IMG/VR virus record: IMGVR_UViG_3300047561_000322
Location: 1 to 28,002 of that record
Length of the DNA: 28,002 nucleotides
Reading direction: 5' to 3' (one strand)
From: a virus
Taxonomy: Duplodnaviria > Caudoviricetes
Positions 24,281 to 28,002 of this stretch are shown here, in pieces. The notes beneath the pieces were generated by a model. That model saw only the letters and a program-made list of their open reading frames with translations, was not told the origin of the DNA and ran no database searches. The position numbers and the translations under genes are program-made. The stretch's first letter is position 1; each line of letters begins with the position of its first letter.

Positions 24281-25395
24281 ACTTCTTGGTTCAGTGCTTC
24301 GACGTAGAGTTCTCTCAGTAGAACCTTAAGTTTATCTTTATTCAGATCGGTTGTCAAGTTGTCGACGTACTTATTTAAGATAGTAGTTGTGTCTTCCGTT
24401 TCATTCACAATCTCATTATCAGAATCTTCTAGTTCAACAAAATCTTCTACAATTGCAATGTCAACTGGATTAACTTTATAAAGATTATTGATGAACACAT
24501 CGAACATATAAGGATTAGTTTTATTAACTACAACAACTTTAACATAAGTTCCTTTATATGCAGACAGATCTTTTGTTGCGAGTGTCTGAAGACTTTCTAC
24601 ATAAGTTCCTTTATATGGAGTAGGATCTTTTGGTGCGAGTGTCTGAAGACTTTCTTGTTTATCATCGTAAACAATTCGATGAAACATTCGATTTGGATTC
24701 TCAATGAATTCTAATTCTTTAGTTTTCAACTCAAACAGATGAAATCCACGCGGATCTCCGTAGTCCATCCAAGTCAGTTCATAAGGATTGCCAAGATAAT
24801 GAATTGATCCATTGTTTGATCTGTGATGATAGTGTCCAGAAAACACTAGATCAAACTTATCAAACATCGAAGGTTCTAGACCATCCGTACACACTGCGCC
24901 ACGGTGCATTGTGAATCCTTGAATCTCGAAATGACCCATACAGATAGTTGCAGAAGTGTCTTTCATTTCTTGCATGGATTGCGTATAATTTTCTGCGCAA
25001 ATCCATGGCATCATACAGATATCAACTGAGTCTACATTGATAGTCTGTGGAGAATCAATCACGTTAATGTTATCATACTCTTCAAGGAGAAGTTCTGGTG
25101 AATTAACTTCATTTGTATTCTTGTAGTATGTGTCATGATTACCCACGAGCATATGTACTTTGATTTTACGTTTATGTAACTCATCAAAGAACATCGATTT
25201 TGCACGATGGAAAGAATAGAAGTTAATAAACTTACGTCGATCAAATGTGTCACCAAGAATCAACACAGTATTGATATCGTTCTCATCAATAACTTTGAAG
25301 AAAGTTTCTTTGTAGAACTTCTCATAGTAGTCTAGAAAATGAACAGCATCACCTCTAGCTCCAAAATGTTGATCCGTTATAATTGCAACTTTCAT
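24277..25395 (-). CDS. gp47: recombination endonuclease nuclease subunit (gp47, Mre11/SbcD-like)
   Basis: TDQHFG, LGD.FDRR, VGNHD, MGHFE, SGHYH, YLGNP. Confidence 0.97.
   Translation of the reverse strand: MKVAIITDQHFGARGDAVHFLDYYEKFYKETFFKVIDENDINTVLILGDTFDRRKFINFYSFHRAKSMFFDELHKRKIKVHMLVGNHDTYYKNTNEVNSPELLLEEYDNINVIDSPQTINVDSVDICMMPWICAENYTQSMQEMKDTSATICMGHFEIQGFTMHRGAVCTDGLEPSMFDKFDLVFSGHYHHRSNNGSIHYLGNPYELTWMDYGDPRGFHLFELKTKELEFIENPNRMFHRIVYDDKQESLQTLAPKDPTPYKGTYVESLQTLATKDLSAYKGTYVKVVVVNKTNPYMFDVFINNLYKVNPVDIAIVEDFVELEDSDNEIVNETEDTTTILNKYVDNLTTDLNKDKLKVLLRELYVEALNQEV
24542..24655. repeat. in-frame 57-bp tandem duplication within gp47
   Basis: Units 24542-24598 and 24599-24655, 52/57 identical. 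Confidence 0.92.
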
Positions 25396-25398
25396 ATC

Positions 25399-25590
25399 TT
25401 AGAATGACGATGGATAGTGATGCTCAAGTTTTTCCATTCTAGCGATTTCTTCTTTAAGATGAAGTTTCTTCTTTTTTAATTCACGAATCTGATAATCAGA
25501 AATATGATTGATCTGCATTTGAACGACTTCTTTATCCAACAATTGATGTTTTTCAATCAATTTATTGAGATGATTTCTCATTTTACCCAT
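25399..25590 (-). CDS. DUF465/YdcH-like coiled-coil protein
   Basis: L.EKH..LD.E...I.ELKKKKL.LKEEI; GAGGAG RBS. Confidence 0.75.
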   Translation of the reverse strand: MGKMRNHLNKLIEKHQLLDKEVVQMQINHISDYQIRELKKKKLHLKEEIARMEKLEHHYPSSF

Positions 25591-25645
25591 AACATTCTCC
25601 TCATCTAAGCTTAGGTACTAGAACCCACACGAATTTTTCCTTCAA

Positions 25646-25674
25646 ATCATACCACAATTTTTTTCACATGTCAA
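25646..25674 (-). promoter_or_regulatory. sigma70-type promoter (extended -10)
   Basis: TTGACA-17 nt-TATGAT with TGn; -35 contains the gp55 TGA stop. Confidence 0.75.
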
Positions 25675-26219
25675 GCATCCAGAAAATTCTCAATTCCTTT
25701 TGTTTTCTTCAACTCTTTCTTTTTCTTTTTAGATTCTTCAAAAGTCGAAATAAAATCAGAAATGTTATCATACAGTTCAAACTGTTTACCAGTAGTCTCT
25801 TCGTAACCCAAAAGTTCAGACTCATCTAGAATTCCAAACTGTTCTGTGGATTTGTATTTCACATACATCTGTTTCTTTTCTTTTTGGATTCTTCGCAAGA
25901 ATGCATAGTAAATAATCTGTGTGAAATATGCAAACGGATTATTAGATTTCTCAGGATTAAAGTTCTCAAAGTACATGATGCAATTTTCAATACCATCTGC
26001 AATCATCTCATCACGATAAGAGTAGTTGATGAAATTAGGTTTGTGAGATAGTCCATGTGCAATCTTTAGAAAACATTCACCAATATAATTCGGTATTGCT
26101 GGTTTTGTTGTATTATTTTCCACTGCCAAATCCACTTTTGATTTATATTCAATCAATGCTTTGCAGAAGTCTGCATTATTTATATAGTGTTTTTTCGAAC
26201 CACTTTCTTTCTTTTCCAT
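25671..26219 (-). CDS. gp55: late transcription sigma factor (gp55)
   Basis: HYINN..F, YIGECFLKIA..LS.KPNF.NY, MI.DGIENC, NPFAYFTQI.YYAFLRRI.KEKKQ. Confidence 0.96.
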   Translation of the reverse strand: MEKKESGSKKHYINNADFCKALIEYKSKVDLAVENNTTKPAIPNYIGECFLKIAHGLSHKPNFINYSYRDEMIADGIENCIMYFENFNPEKSNNPFAYFTQIIYYAFLRRIQKEKKQMYVKYKSTEQFGILDESELLGYEETTGKQFELYDNISDFISTFEESKKKKKELKKTKGIENFLDA

Positions 26220-26233
26220 AATATCTCCTGAAG

Positions 26234-26620
26234 TTAGTGGATTAAGTTATCGTTATTACCAACAGACATAGAATCCAAAATAGACATCATATTTTCTTCA
26301 GATAAAGGATCATCATCAGACTTAAAAGACATAATACTACTATTGATTGTCTCAACAGCGCCCAAATAATATTCGGCAAAATCAGCAGATGGATCTACCA
26401 CAGCAAGTATATCTTTAACATCAATAACGGTCTCATTTTTATCCATTAAACTAACGGGTAACCAAAAAGACATGTTAACTACTTGGTTGCCAGTTTTATT
26501 ATCACTTCTCAACATAAAGATAATTGGATTTATTAGTTTGTATTTATTCTCTTTTTTCTTGACAGCAGCGATTACATCATCACCGCAACTAAGTCTGAAA
26601 ATCTTGATTGTTGTTTCCAT
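26234..26620 (-). CDS. conserved T4-like hypothetical protein
   Basis: 128 aa; RL..GDDVIA N-terminus like the ORF at 11519-11845; between uvsW and gp55. Confidence 0.7.
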   Translation of the reverse strand: METTIKIFRLSCGDDVIAAVKKKENKYKLINPIIFMLRSDNKTGNQVVNMSFWLPVSLMDKNETVIDVKDILAVVDPSADFAEYYLGAVETINSSIMSFKSDDDPLSEENMMSILDSMSVGNNDNLIH

Positions 26621-28001
26621 AATTTAATCCTATTTTATATAATTTGTATGTGAACTTCTCTTCATTGTAGATTTTTGTTCTCTCAACAAAGTGTCTTAGA
26701 GTAAAGTTCATATGATTTTTATATCGTAAGTCGTCAGCTATATCGTATAATGTTGCTTTTGTTTTATTATTACCAAGTCTAAGTCCACGACCAATCGATT
26801 GAAGGTTGCGAACTCTAGACTTTGATGGTGATGCAAAGATAACATTGTGAAGATTACGAATATTCACACCAGTTGAGAATGTTCCATAACTCGCTACAAT
26901 AATACAGTCAGTCTCTGTCTCAGTAATCTTACGAATCTCTTCACGAGTTTCTGTGTCTGTTCCGCCATAAACAAAGAATACTTTTCTATCACCAATATTA
27001 TCTGCGTTTCTGATAATATCATACAGTACTTTGCCGTGTTTGTCAACATATTGGAATAGAAGTAATGTGTTACCTTTTAAAGAAATTGTTAAATTCTTGA
27101 TGAATTTGTTTCTTGATTCATTTAGACACAAGTATTCAATTTCATCTTGATATGTTTTTTCAATCATTGATTTGCAGATCTCATCATCATGTTTCAGAAT
27201 CAGGCACTTGATTGAGAACTCTGCCAGTTGTTTATTGTCCATCAACTGTTTGGTTGTAATGACTCTGTTTGCAGGACCAAAGAGACCTTCTAGGACTAAC
27301 TTATGTGTCTTAGTTCCATCTAATGTGCCAGTGAGTCCAATTCTATACTTTGCATTAATACAAGAAGTCAATATCTTAACTAGTGATTGTGCTTTAAATA
27401 GATGTGCCTCATCACCTAATACGAAATCGAATTGTTCAAAGTATTCATCAGGTAATTGATAGAGTGATTGCCAAGTAGAAATAATTAAAGGAGCGCTTGA
27501 CACCTTGTCTCTTCCCTGATACACTCTGTGTATAATGGTTTTAGCGTCCCACCCGTTCAGTGATGAATAATCTTCGAAATCAGAATAAAGCTGCTCTACT
27601 AGTGCTGTAGTAGGAACAATGATTAATCCTTTAGAACACTTGTAGTCTAGAAGCTGACGTATGATTAGGTAGATGATTAATGACTTACCTGATGCAGTAG
27701 GTGATAGTAATAATGTTCTTTTATTTCTGATTGCATTAATATAAGCTTCTTTCTGATAGTCACGAACAGATATGTCTTTACCTAAAGACTGGAGAGTCAA
27801 AGAAGAGATGAATTTATCAGCTAAAGCTAAAGGGTAGTTCTCTAGTAGATCTGGTCTAGGATCACCATACTCAAGTTTAATTGATCTTTCTTCACAGAAG
27901 ATTTCAATATATGAAAGTAATCCATGTGTAATCTGATTAGATCTTGAATCAAAAAGACGAATCTTACCGTCCCATACTCGTTTACGAAATGCTGGTGTAA
28001 A
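26589..28001 (-). CDS. uvsW: UvsW RNA-DNA/DNA helicase (5' end outside window)
   Basis: Frame open to window edge (FTPAFRKRVWDGKIRLF); SPTASGKS, DEAH, GLTGT, LQSIGRGLR. Confidence 0.96.
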   Translation of the reverse strand, partial: FTPAFRKRVWDGKIRLFDSRSNQITHGLLSYIEIFCEERSIKLEYGDPRPDLLENYPLALADKFISSLTLQSLGKDISVRDYQKEAYINAIRNKRTLLLSPTASGKSLIIYLIIRQLLDYKCSKGLIIVPTTALVEQLYSDFEDYSSLNGWDAKTIIHRVYQGRDKVSSAPLIISTWQSLYQLPDEYFEQFDFVLGDEAHLFKAQSLVKILTSCINAKYRIGLTGTLDGTKTHKLVLEGLFGPANRVITTKQLMDNKQLAEFSIKCLILKHDDEICKSMIEKTYQDEIEYLCLNESRNKFIKNLTISLKGNTLLLFQYVDKHGKVLYDIIRNADNIGDRKVFFVYGGTDTETREEIRKITETETDCIIVASYGTFSTGVNIRNLHNVIFASPSKSRVRNLQSIGRGLRLGNNKTKATLYDIADDLRYKNHMNFTLRHFVERTKIYNEEKFTYKLYKIGLNYGNNNQDFQT

Positions 28002-28002
28002 C

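Overview
AT-rich fragment of a large T4-like myophage genome. Essentially all genes lie on the minus strand. Read right to left it carries the core replication/recombination module: uvsW (partial), gp55 late sigma factor, gp47/gp46, gp1 dNMP kinase, gp45/44/62, regA, gp43 polymerase, uvsX, a gp40-like gene and gp41 helicase. Accessory genes are interspersed: peptide deformylase, Hsp20, dCMP deaminase, YkuK-type RNase H-like protein, radical SAM/SPASM protein, a DUF4338/DruA-like protein and about six glycosyltransferase-like genes. Between regA and gp43 lies a tRNA region with five intact tRNAs (Arg-TCT, Leu-TAG, Thr-TGT, Leu-TAA, CAT probably Ile2), one atypical Gly-like tRNA and five tRNA fragments. 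The most striking signal is two adjacent cassettes with the same architecture but unrelated nucleases (HNH; NUMOD3 + PD-(D/E)XK). Each runs: broken tRNA 5' piece, then a hairpin enclosing a T4 late-promoter motif, then a nuclease ORF whose stop codon lies inside an intact, diverged tRNA of apparently the same isotype. This looks like tRNA-destroying, tRNA-replacing homing endonuclease elements. Family assignments come from motif recognition by eye; no searches were run.
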